This document shows, one piece after another, positions 38,701 to 49,683 of a stretch of DNA of 64,000 nucleotides. Below the pieces are notes generated by a model. The model had not been told where the DNA came from. It made no database searches and saw only the letters and a list, made by a program, of their open reading frames with translations. Positions within the stretch are counted from its first letter, which is position 1. Every line of letters begins with the position of its first letter. Source of the DNA: Tubulanus polymorphus (Eukaryota; Animalia; Nemertea); assembly GCF_964204645.1 (NCBI RefSeq), contig NC_134031.1, positions 15,611,807-15,675,806 of the forward strand, given 5' to 3'. A program made the translations under genes and the position numbers.

Positions 38701-41700
38701 AAGCTACTCCAGACATCTCGACAGATACTCTCTCTACTGGAAATCTATTTGAAGCATTGTAGTTATCAGAAACTAATCAATTTGACGAATAACTAAAACT
38801 GTACCCTCAACTAAACTGATGTAGTCGAATTCGATAATGTCAACAAGTTTCGTTATTGGCAAACGATTACGTTGTTTAAGTTCCTAAAAAATTTCCAAAT
38901 TTTTCTTTGTTCCGTTATATTTGCATGTCGTCTGCGAATGCTCAATTATTGATGCGAACGAAGCTAATCCTTAAAAAGATAGTGTCTCATATTTGATCCC
39001 ATGAGAGTAACCTGCCGTTGTTGGGCCATTCTTCGCGAAATGGTAATGGCCAGTTTACGTGGCGTTGCATTTACTATTTGTCTTCATAAATATAGGATTA
39101 CTGACGTGAAGATAGTTGCCACTTTTCGGTAGCATTTTCGGATTCTCTTCCGCAATCGTAACTTTTCAAGGGAAAAATCGACTCGGGTACAACCGGAAGC
39201 AGCGTGATGTTATCACCGGAAGTTGATGCGACGCGCTACTGATGTCATCTATCTTATAAAAACTATCCAATTGCCTTGTTACACCGTCGACGGAATAAGA
39301 TACGCAGTTATTGAAGGGCACGTGTATAACACAGGAAGACGCATTGACAAATTACTGAGATCATTCAGAAACCAACCATACCATATCAATACTTCATGCC
39401 ATCGTTAATGGCCGATAATGGATCGATAAGCCCGAGTTTTTATCGTATATTTTTAAAAACCCATTTAAAGGATATCAGATATGACATATTTCGCTCGTAT
39501 CATTCAAACACGGCAATATCCAAGATAAAGTATATACAGGTGAATGTAATTGCTACTCGTGACCGCGGTGCGAACGAGATATGAAATGTAATGAAACTCT
39601 CTTTCATTCGAGAGTTAATGCGAAGATCTACCCCAATGACAACTTATTTAACGCATCCGATATTTTCATGAGTTTGAGAACTGCTCTCGTCTTTAACGAG
39701 TTAAATTCAAGCTAAAAGCTTTGGATTGTCAGAACTGTCGGCTATTTGCGACGATGAGTGGGAATAGTATATTTTACGAAGGTACAAATCATCAACTTGA
39801 TCGTTGATTTCTGACAATTTGACAAGTTTCAGCGTGTACAGTATTTTATTTCTAACTTAAGGTATTTTGAACTCGTCCTTTCCTCGACGACACTTTTACA
39901 CAAACGAGCTTTTATGTGAACGTATCTTAATGATACTGCGCACTACACCCTTAAGATGTAATTTCTTCCGGGTCTAGAATAGTCCGAAGAACTGTTTTCT
40001 CACATCATTCTCGTCTCAATCTACTATCATTCTTTCCTTATTCACCGACGGCAAGATTCCATCCCTAGCCTCGATTTGTCGTTCTCTTTGTTTTCAAGTA
40101 ATTTCTGGATCAGTCATCCACATATCCATCTCATAAAAACTTTGCTATCATATGCCACTATTTAGATATAAGATTTATTTTGTTTGAATTGACTTGAGGT
40201 TCTTCATCCAAAGTGAGATGGAACATAAGGCAACGACACGTTCTCTCCAAGTTCTAGCTACATATCGTTCTACCCGCAGCGCCTCGTCCCCGAGTCAACC
40301 CCAGTTTCAGCTCGCCTCCTGGTTACTTTCGGGCTGTCTCTTCCCTCGGGGTACCAATGTAGGGCTGCAGTCATCGATATGCTGCCAGGCTCCATTCGGA
40401 TTGACATCTGCATCTCAGTCTGCGCCGTCTGATTTCGTTAGGTGCCCTGTCTGTGTCCTACCACGGAGGTCTTCATTCGAGATTTTCCTTGGCCAAAACA
40501 CCTTGCAAACGCGCCATAGGCATCTTTTGTGTAAGGCGGACAGCCTGTTCATCCTTGGGTGTTCGACGAGGCTTCAGAGCCACGCAAGAGTAGAATTGTT
40601 AAGCATTTCCTTTCAATTGCCGGATGTAATTCGCCCACCGGCTTCATGTATGCCTCTCGGGTAGTTGTCATTTTCGTGAGCTTCTTTGTCGTCGCCCCGA
40701 GAAAAGGCGAAATCGAAGAAACCTTTGTAAGGGTATTATGAGAACGTTTTTCAATTATTATGCGCGAACAGCAAGCAGATACCGATCTGAATCCATACAT
40801 GACGTTTGCCATGGAGAATATTGGTCCCGCGGGGCGTAACGTTCACGCACTACGATGCACGGAAATCAGTAATATTGCTCCCCCGAAAAAATATCCCGCA
40901 TGCAGAAAGCATCGTTTCCCTCAGTGGTTATCCATTATCGGACGATCATATGAAGCACACTTCACTTTAGCCAGCGTGTTGTTCCAATGGTTTCATTTAC
41001 GGACTTCCCAAGGACTTCAATCTATGTCATTTAGTTATTTTCGGATATTCTCGATGCTTAGCATAACAACAAAGTTACTTCCGGAATGTCTTTCTGGCTG
41101 TTTTCTCATTGATTCTTCCCAAAATGCGTAACGATACTTTTTGATATTTACGCAGTATTTGAGTCAAATAAAGTGCCTTTCATAACACGATTATAGAAAA
41201 TAGAAACATCGATTGTTTAACGAGAGAAACCAACGATGATTCAGTCAAAGATTATTGAATTAAAGAGATTTATCTTGAGCAACGTTTCGGCTAAACACTA
41301 TTACCATCATCAGGCGTACTAGAGACTAGAGATCAGTGCGCCTGATGATGGCTGATAGCGTTCAGCCGAAACGTTGCTCAGAATAAGAAGAATTTAGAAC
41401 AACAAGAATTTTTCATCTTTGACTGAATCATCGGGTAATTTCACTTGTCATCCATCTAACACGGATAGTGTGTATCTTCTCGACTCGTTAATTGTTTATT
41501 TACAGACTGTCGGCAACGCTGTCGTGTCCAATGTGTTTAACTAATTTCCCTTTCGACTCCCAAACGTGTAACGTTTCTATGGAAAGCTGTAAGTTAACCT
41601 TTAAGTTTTACGCTATCGGGTATTAGTCATTTTATAAACGACTTTCTGCACACTACTGGCAGCATATTGCCATTCCGGGTGTCTGATTACATTTCAATAA

Positions 41701-44700
41701 GGGACCTCACTGTGTAACTAGTTGGTTGTCAATATCGGCGGTCTCCTTGATCGATTCTGTTTGGATGTGGCTTTTCAAAAAATCGTACCGTATAATTTCC
41801 AATAACACATCTGTATAAAATGGTTTGCTCACCACATGTTCTCTACAAAGCAAGTTAAGTTTGCGACGTTGTAAACAAAATCTCAAGTTCATTTTTCCTG
41901 TCTTATAAAAAGCGTTTTATAAACTGAGGAAAATCCATGTATTGTCGAGTTATTACATACGAACCAAATTACATTGTAAAACATCCTCCCCTGCAGGGAT
42001 TCGAACCTGATGGCATCTAGATTGCCACGGTACGAAACCCTGCCACACTAGACCGAGTGCGCAGCTACGTGCGCAGCTTAGATGATGTCATTATTAGCCA
42101 ATCAGATATCCCGTTTCATTTTAGCAAGGGTTTCCCATTTATAGTTCTTCCGTGACATTTACCTCAGCGATTATACAACGAGCAATCTGATCGGTCCCGC
42201 ATGTATTCGTGCGGCAAAGCTGCGCATGTACCTGCGCACCCGGTCTAGTGTGACAGGGGTACGTGCCGTGTAGCGATGCCATCATGTTCGAATCCCTGCC
42301 GAGGGAGGATGATTGTAAAATTGAATGTTTGTTTATTCGTGTAGATAGTTATACGATGGATAGCTTGAGGTTTAATTGGGTGGAGAATAAGAACGAACAC
42401 GTTATACTCAGTAAAAATCTACAACTGCCTGAATACAAGATTAGATCTGTGACGTCGTCGGTTTGCGATACCCACCTGGATACGGGTACGTATGAATAGC
42501 TCAGGGAGGTACCGGCACGACACACGAGATAGCGCCACTATACAGTCGGTTTTGCGCGGTCAAAGTTAGTTCATTTTCGGTGATTTTTGAACGATCGATT
42601 TTCAGGCTCCCGAATACAATTTCTAAACGAGTCATCTAATAGATATAAGATTGGCATCCTTCTCAACATGCGGTTTATATTTCACTGAAAAACGATGTAG
42701 TTCTAATGAATAAAGATGATTCTAATTTAATTGATAAGCAGAAGTGCGTTAACCGAGTAACTAACTACTACTGAAACTAGTGGCGGATCCTTGCGTAATC
42801 TTCGCTTGCCACAATCACGGCGCCGGTACCTCGCTGCGTGTTTGAAAGTGATGCTTTTTGTACTTTTTCTTCTGGTGTGTTATCGATGGGGTAATTTATC
42901 AATTTGAAGCCGTAATCAACAAACGATGCATTATGACTATAAGAATTAGTGAAACATATTGCGACATCCCTCTGTTGCACAATGCGCATAATAGGAAGGG
43001 TTTGACGGTAACCCTTGGTCTGAACAAGCGATTCCATCAATATTGTTACATATCTTTCATTAAAACGTAGTCGTTATGACATTTATGTGCATCCGCTGAA
43101 GATGGTGGATATTTTTGTCAATGTAAGTCTCTATTCAAAGCGACGTATCGCCAACTATTCAATTACTAGTCAAATAAACTATATCGATTGATACCGTGAG
43201 AACAAAATAGCTCACTCAAAATATCGAGTTATCTCGGTTGTAACGTGACAATAAGTGAAGCACCATCGGCTATTCCTCCCCGTGAAAGAAGATATCGTTC
43301 CTAACGCAAAATTATAAGTTGAAAGAAAATACATATCCAACAACGAGGACGGTTTTGCATAGTATATATCTGTTATTTGTCACGCCGTAAAAACCGTTAA
43401 AATGTTTTTTTATACATCACTAACTACTTTGCATTATTTAAGAGGTTGTGTGTGAGTCTATGTGCACTACGTCATCGATATTGGCGTTTCTAAATAGCAA
43501 TTACAATTGTGTAAAATGTCGAAGTTGATATTATAAATATTTTAGAGTTCACGACTCAAATATTCTTTTTAATGGATTTCTTTTTATAAGGTGTCAACAA
43601 ACTTTCTAGTAACAGTTTTCTTGTTCTGTATTGCAAAATTGGCATTTTAGGTTCTTAAAACTATAAGGGCCGGTAACCTTTATTACTAAACGTGTCAACT
43701 TCTCTTCAAACAACCTAGTACATAGAATTTGTCAGTAAGACATTTCCGTTGAATTTCTTCTCTATAGTTTAACCTTAAAGGACTTTATCTATCAACATTG
43801 TTTTTTTTTACCACCCGATGAATTCCACACCTATTACATTTATTTCACATTTTTAAGCTTAGTTCCGAGACAATCAACTTTTGGGCCTAAATTAAATTCT
43901 TTAAATCGCAATCGAAATCGGCTTTGAAAAGTTGGCGCACATGGAGATTTTGGATAATCCTTTCTGTATAAGATACCAACAAATTGTTCGGACTTAATAT
44001 TTATAAAACAACATTCTTCGGTGATGTAAACTTCTTCGTCGGTCGGGGAAATGCATCGCTTCCTGAAATAACATTTTCATATTGGTAGGTAATTTATTAC
44101 GGCATGATATCTCGCACGTATATTCCTACCACCACCTGCAGAGAACACTAAAATCGTAAGGTGAAGTTACATCGCGCCGCGTTTACCTTCCACACATCAA
44201 GCCCGTCTAACAACATTATCTTGGGGCGAACTTATAACCAGGGTTAACGAGGCATTGATTGGAGTGCAATTACTCACCTGCATCGTGGATTCTAAAACGT
44301 TTTTTTTGTCCATGCTTGCATTCGATTTCCTATGGATATTGGAAATCTCCCCGAAGTTAAGGACAAAGCTGGCCTCATAAAAGCTCGTGAAATAGTTGAC
44401 AATTTCACAAAAACCTCATATTTAATAGTACTCATTCAGCTGTTTATGTTTATGAAACAGTGAGAAAATCCTTTAGTTATACCCGAGACAAAATTTGGGG
44501 ATCATAGTGTTTTAGTCGACCTCACAGCAAATTAGCGTAACCGTTTTTTATTTTAAGGTTAATTCAGATGTTTGCGGGCGTCGTGTTTGTTGGTGCGTGA
44601 AGTAATTGTTTTATTTTTGTTTAGGTAATTTCACGTGTTTGCGGGCGTCGTTTTCGTTGGTGCGCGAATTCGGCTACTATTTGATACAGTGGTACATTCC

Positions 44701-47348
44701 TACCGTGCTTATCGTCAGTCTGTCGTGGATTTCGTTTTGGATCGATGTGAGCGCGTCGCCGGCTCGAATATCGCTCGGTTTACTAACCATACTGGCCGTA
44801 ACCACTCACAGCGCCGGTAGTCGTTCGCAACTTCCGCGGGTTTCTTACATCAAAGGTGAGAACGGATATATCCCCGAAACGAATTAACGTTTAGCTTGAT
44901 TTCGATGCATCATTAAGAAAAACTAAAGGATTTTTTGCGCGTCGATGAAAGAAACTAAATAAGAATCTATGCAATAGTAAAATACATTAAGAGGATCCTA
45001 TTAATGTAATTTTGATCGCAGCCTTTGATAGGTTTGAAATGGGTATTTTATTCACAGAAGCTTTAAATGCAGCGTTTGTAGTCGTTGAAATAATTAACGA
45101 AATCTATATGACTATGTACTCCTTCTGGAGTGGGTTTTTTTTCTTTTGATATCCACTTTGACAAAGAAGTGCCTTGGCACAAAAATTAACATGCGCTAAT
45201 TAGCGTCACGGTCGATACGCCTGCTCTTTTTAAGAGTTCGGTCGTTACTTTGATATTAATGATGAGCAATGAGAAATCTGTCTCTGAAGCATTAACGCGA
45301 TATTTCTAGAGTTCATTAGGATAAGAATAATTGCCGTGAAGTCCTTAAAAATCGTGGGGAACCCGCAACACCAGCTTTCCCACCGATGGCGTGACGAGCA
45401 ATAAGTCTTCCGTCGTCAAAATTGGCTCATTTTCGATGAACTTTGAACTGTAGATCTTTTGACTCCCGAATCCAAATATTATCACAGCAACAACAAAATA
45501 TACAATGGATGAATTCGTGTACTCAGATATCGGTATATTTTTCATTAGTCATTGGTTCACTTAGTTTCAATTGAAATGTAGAAAAAAATCGAACGCGGAA
45601 GACCGACTGTCAACCAGCGACATTTGGCGGATCCTCGCCTGCCATACGTGCAATCCTCGAATGCCACAGTAGCGGTGCAGATTCTCCATTAATTTGATCG
45701 TGTGGGTGCATATAGTTAAAAATCAATCTGCCTGTACCTGATATCAAATTTACGAAAATGGTAATAAAACAAAAAAAGAGAACAAAACACTGTGATACAA
45801 ATTCCAGGCCCGGTTTCATAAAACGGCAGCATTTTTCAAAACCGATTAACAATTACTTTATGCTCATACGAGATTTTTAAATGATCATTTTGTTTTCAGC
45901 TAACGATGTATGGACGTCGTCGTGTATGGTATTCGTGTTTGGGGCTTTGATGGAGTTTGCGCTCGCCAATCTTTTAGCCAGACGTGAATTCAAGTACCGA
46001 CGCGCCGCTTCTCTGCGCGTTAAGCATCAGACCGCGATAGTAAGACATCGTTTATCGTGTTTACCTTGCTTTACGTCGTTCGGGTCAAGGTTTCGTAAGA
46101 CGAACCCAATTGAATCCGGTTGTCTATCTTTAACCTCAATGAATACGGTAGACGTCGTTTGAAGTGTTTTCCGTGCGTCGTAAGCGATCAGCAGGACTCG
46201 AACCCTCGTGTCATTCGGGAGCACTGATAGTGAATGCATTAGCATCACACCTAATCCCACTGACCTTGAGGCTTCTACAACGATTTTCACTAATCTCAAA
46301 GATGTGAGAACTGTGAGACCCCGTAACGATTTGTCGTCTTTATAGATCTTCTCCAAGCTGATACCCTACTTTTCACAAATTACAGCCTCAACCGCTACGG
46401 CGACGCAAAAAATTACCCTTGTTTCTCATCAGCCCTTCTTTGGAAAAGTGACGAGGGAGGCCGAGGTTTTTATCTTGTAGCTACCTTTTTTATAAATGAG
46501 AAATAAAAAGCCTAAATTCCAAATTCTAGATTCCAAAAGTAACGAGGCCAGCTATTAAATAGGTAAATTTAGTCGTCAACCTTGAATCAGGATAGAAAGG
46601 ACTTCGTTACCGAAATGCTCACGCGCCACGGTAACAATATTGAGTAGCGACCGTGAGACAAAAACATTTTAGAAAGTGTGATCAAGTTGTTTTTCGGGAT
46701 GCGTGCGAAAGTGTTTTACTTTTAAAACGAGCATCGAAAGTATATTTCTGCATGTGGGATGCGCATTTTCGTTCATATTTTCTACTGAAGATCGATTTGA
46801 CGCGCGCGGAATATGAGCCTGGTTAGAAACAAGCTATCATTTTGACGTGTCCTTATGTAGGCTTGTACCTTGTGCATCTGATAACTATCGTTTAAATCTA
46901 GACGCTCTACGCGTTCTTAGATATCGACTTTCCGCGGTACAAAAGCTTTTAAAGTTCTTCCGGTATTCTATTTTGTACACTTTAAGCTTTTTGCATTTTA
47001 AAATACTCTCTCTTTGTTCCTTTTCAGAGTGACGCCGATGGTAAATCTTCGAAGCGATATCAAAATGGTGATATTTCCGTTATATCCTCTGCGCAACAAA
47101 ATAATCACGATACGAATATAGAGCAAACGGCGCCACCTGGTGATCACCATGGAATCGTACATCCACCGTGTGCCTGCATCGCATTTGGAGTAACGGCGAA
47201 ACGCGTCGATGTCGTTTCGCGCTATTTGTTCCCGTTTTTATTCCTGATTTTTAACGTCGCCTTTTGGCTTTATTACTACAAACCATCTTGCTCAAAATGC
47301 CACGTAGCTGACAGCAGCAAGTCGTGTTCCACGTCAGCGATGCTATAA
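32783..47348 (+). CDS. Cys-loop ligand-gated anion channel subunit, glycine-receptor/GluCl-like. Exons 32783-32865, 34684-34772, 36861-36928, 37271-37497, 41506-41588, 42345-42485, 44625-44855, 45900-46147, 47028-47348
   Basis: Hydrophobic N-terminus; YDRRSHP; [11 protein letters not shown]; DLFFTNEK; Cys loop [15 protein letters not shown]; loop-C disulfide [12 protein letters not shown]; M1 YYLIQWYIP; anion-selective PAR motif before M2; LPRVSYIKA; M4 [21 protein letters not shown]. All phases are consistent. Confidence 0.93.
35428..35717. mobile_element. Non-autonomous DNA transposon
   Basis: TIRs CAGACCCGTGCCGA / TCGGCACGGGCCTG; imperfect flanking direct repeat ctgattc / ctgatac. Confidence 0.65.
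37537..38060 (-). mobile_element. Degenerate hammerhead fold-back copy with ~290 bp between its arms
   Basis: Arms gaaatgtttccttgagctagt..tttattc (37603-37633) / gaataaactactagctcaaggaaacatttc (37996-38025); reverse-strand tail aacacggatata..atcgtg matches 6407-6435. Confidence 0.6.
40195..40610 (-). mobile_element. 5'-truncated, decayed RTE-clade LINE 3' fragment
   Basis: Frameshifted translation LLRGSEA...[61 protein letters not shown] matches the RTE ORF C-terminus pattern. Confidence 0.75.
41220..41490 (+). mobile_element. Penelope-like fold-back element with back-to-back hammerhead cores (different subfamily)
   Basis: Arms cgatgattcagtcaaagat / atctttgactgaatcatcg; tail aacacggatagtgtg..; candidate TSD ATTGTTTA (41212-41219, 41491-41498). 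Confidence 0.75.
41337..41380 (+). ncRNA. Minimal hammerhead-ribozyme-like motif
   Basis: TGCGC, CTGATGA (41342-41348), T, perfect stem II GGCTGA/TCAGCC, GAAAC, GTT, GCTCA (helix I with one mismatch). A mirror copy lies on the minus strand at 41313-41281. Confidence 0.7.
41982..42311. mobile_element. MITE with tRNA-like terminal inverted repeats (copy 2), 9-bp TSD
   Basis: Termini CATCCTCCC / GGGAGGATG; ~90-bp imperfect TIRs; perfect TSD ATTGTAAAA (41973-41981, 42312-42320). Confidence 0.85.
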
Positions 47349-47796
47349 AATCGGGTTATTTTCAAAATGGACTCCTTAAAATAGACCGAAGGTGATCGAA
47401 GTCAATCCACGATTTAATGATGAGGATTTGGAACTTTCAAAACAGGCGCTCAGTCGACAAAAGATATAATCTGAATTTCAAAACAAAATCCTTTATTCAT
47501 CTATGAATTGATGAAGCGTTAGTGAAACGATGAACAAGCGAACCTTTTCTTTTTATTCATTCCACATTAAGCGTTTTCCTTGTTTTATCCGATTCACTTA
47601 TTCACACGATATATTGGTTTGTTAATTTTTGCTTTCAATATTTCTAAACTTGAAATGAAATAATAAAGGTAACAACATTTGTTGTCAGAATGGAATTAGA
47701 AGTTTGAACTAAGTTACTACACGGATGGCTATAGTTGGTTATATAGAGATTTAGAGCAGATAGCTATTGGTCTACTGGTTATTCTTCACTTTATTT

Positions 47797-48906
47797 TTAA
47801 TTCATCTCGGAAAATCTTCTGAACAGAGCTAATACGTCTTGGATATCTTCCTCGCTATCTGCCTTCACCTTTGTCTCAGTTTCTTCGTTTTGCTTTTTTT
47901 GCTTACTGCTGAATTTCTTTCTGAGAAAAGCCAAAGCGGCTTGGAAATCTTCATCGTTAGCAGAGGCTTGTAGTTTTGATTTTGGCTCTTCCTCGCTTTC
48001 TGCCTTCCTCTTTGTTTCAATTTCTTCCTTTTGCTTTTTTTGCTTACTGCTGAATTTCTTTCTGAGAAAAGCCAAAGCGGCTTGGACATCTTCATCGTTA
48101 GCAGAGGCTTGTAGTTTTGATTTTGGCTCTTCCTCGCTTTCTGCCTTCCTCTTTGTTTCAATTTCTTCCTTTTGCTTTTTTTGCTTACTGCTGAATTTCT
48201 TTCTGAGAAAAGCCAAAGCGGCTTGGACATCTTCATCGTTAGCAGAAGCTTGTAGTTTTGATTTTGGCTCTTCCTCGCTTTCTGCCTTCCTCTTTGTTTC
48301 AATTTCTTCCTTTTGCTTTTTTTGCTTACTGCTGAATTTCTTTCTGAGAAAAGCCAAAGCGGCTTGGACATCTTCATCATTAGCAGAGGCTTGTAGTTTT
48401 GATTTTGGCTCTTCCTCGCTATCTACCTTCCTCTTTGTTTCAATTTCTTCCTTTTGCTTTTTTTGCTTACTGCTGAATTTCTTTCTGAGAAAAGCCAAAG
48501 CGCCTTGGACATCTTCATCGTTAGCAGAGGCTTGTAGTTTTGATTTTGGCTCTCCCTCCTGATCTGCCTCCCTGACTTGTAACTCTGCCTGACTATCTAA
48601 CTCAGAAAGGATCCTCTTCACTTCGTCAGAGGTCAGTCCTGAGTTAAGTGGCCCTGCAAAATTCATTATTATCTGAACATTTATAATCTGTTGTTTTCCA
48701 GCCCTCAAAACAGGTAAGTCAGTACAATCGCAGATGATAGCTTTGATGTCTATCCACTGAAGGAAAATTAGAGTCTACTCTTTTCATATCAAAATGCACT
48801 ATTATCTCCCCACATATTTGGCCACAAAAAAAAGAAATAAACAATTACCTGCGACTACTGCATACGCCGACACTACTGTTAAAAGTAGAAACAAATTAAC
48901 TTTCAT
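47797..48906 (-). CDS. Secreted multi-repeat peptide precursor A (~304 aa; exons 48906-48849, 48653-47797) with five 47-aa units and a short divergent final unit
   Basis: Signal peptide MKVNLFLLLTVVSAYAVVA, phase-1 intron, pro-region ending ELQVR, unit KAESEEEPKSKLQASANDEDVQAALAFLRKKFSSKQKKQKEEIETKR; non-coding upstream exon donor at ~49038. Confidence 0.88.
47866..48570 (-). repeat. Coding tandem array, 5 x 141 bp
   Basis: ctgaatttctttctgagaaaagcc recurs every 141 bp. Confidence 0.95.
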
Positions 48907-49129
48907 CTTTAAGATCTGAAAATTCAATAAATCATTACTGAGCTGAGAACCTCTAGACCTATATTACATTCACAATCACCAGTTGCGTTGTGAGTCAATT
49001 CATTCTTCTTATTTTTGATAACGCGAAAGCAGACTTACCCTTTGTTGGTGAACTACTGTTGAAGTCCCGTGCGATGTGGTGAAAGCGTCGGACACTGAAC
49101 ACCGAATAATCGAGTAACATTAAGTCGTT

Positions 49130-49145
49130 ATAGCCCTTATACAGC
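49130..49145 (-). promoter_or_regulatory. Candidate TATA box of precursor gene A
   Basis: GTATAAGGGC on the minus strand upstream of the non-coding exon; the paralogous position in gene B (~51367-51376) reads GTACAAGGGC. Confidence 0.4.
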
Positions 49146-49683
49146 AGGATTTCGTGTCTGTTCCTGTTTTTAGCTTCGATTTTCTAACTTTCTTTTGACT
49201 CGAATACTATAAACCAGCCGCAAAATTGTGTCATACGTCACCAACCGTATTATTAATGTGGATATCATGTAAATGAACTTCTAGATAGACTGAAAGCGAT
49301 ACGCTTCAATAAAAAACGAGAATTCGGACCTTTTATATCGAGTAGACAGTGCATAAAATTTAAAATATGTCATCCAAATTTCAAAGAAATTTTATTCATG
49401 AATCTTTGAATTAATGAGCTCTTATTGATACGATACACAAGCGAACAGTTTTTTTTCATTCATTTGTTCCACTTTCAGCATTTTACTAGTTTAACTATTA
49501 TCATATTTCCCGGTGAATAATTCGATGCGCCTTTACCCGATTATGAGCTCGTTCATAAATGCTTTCGACATATATCATGGATTAATAAAAGATACAACAG
49601 TCGTTTCAAGAATGGAATTAGAATTTGAAATCGAACCACTATATATTGATGTATTGATTTAAATCATAGCTATAGTCTATAAG

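Noticed and set aside
40194-41131. Nested gene in the channel intron (plus-strand ORFs of 156 and 123 aa)
   Set aside because: The first is antisense to a decayed RTE LINE fragment; the second has no recognisable motif or splice support.
47865-48380. Alternative-frame 171-aa ORF (MMKMSKPLWLFSER...) and antisense ORF 49721-50128
   Set aside because: By-products of a stop-free repeat unit; not in phase with the signal exon.
47866-48570. 141-bp array as a CRISPR array or non-coding satellite
   Set aside because: Units are contiguous with no unique spacers, are a multiple of 3, stay in frame and splice to a signal-peptide exon; the context is eukaryotic.
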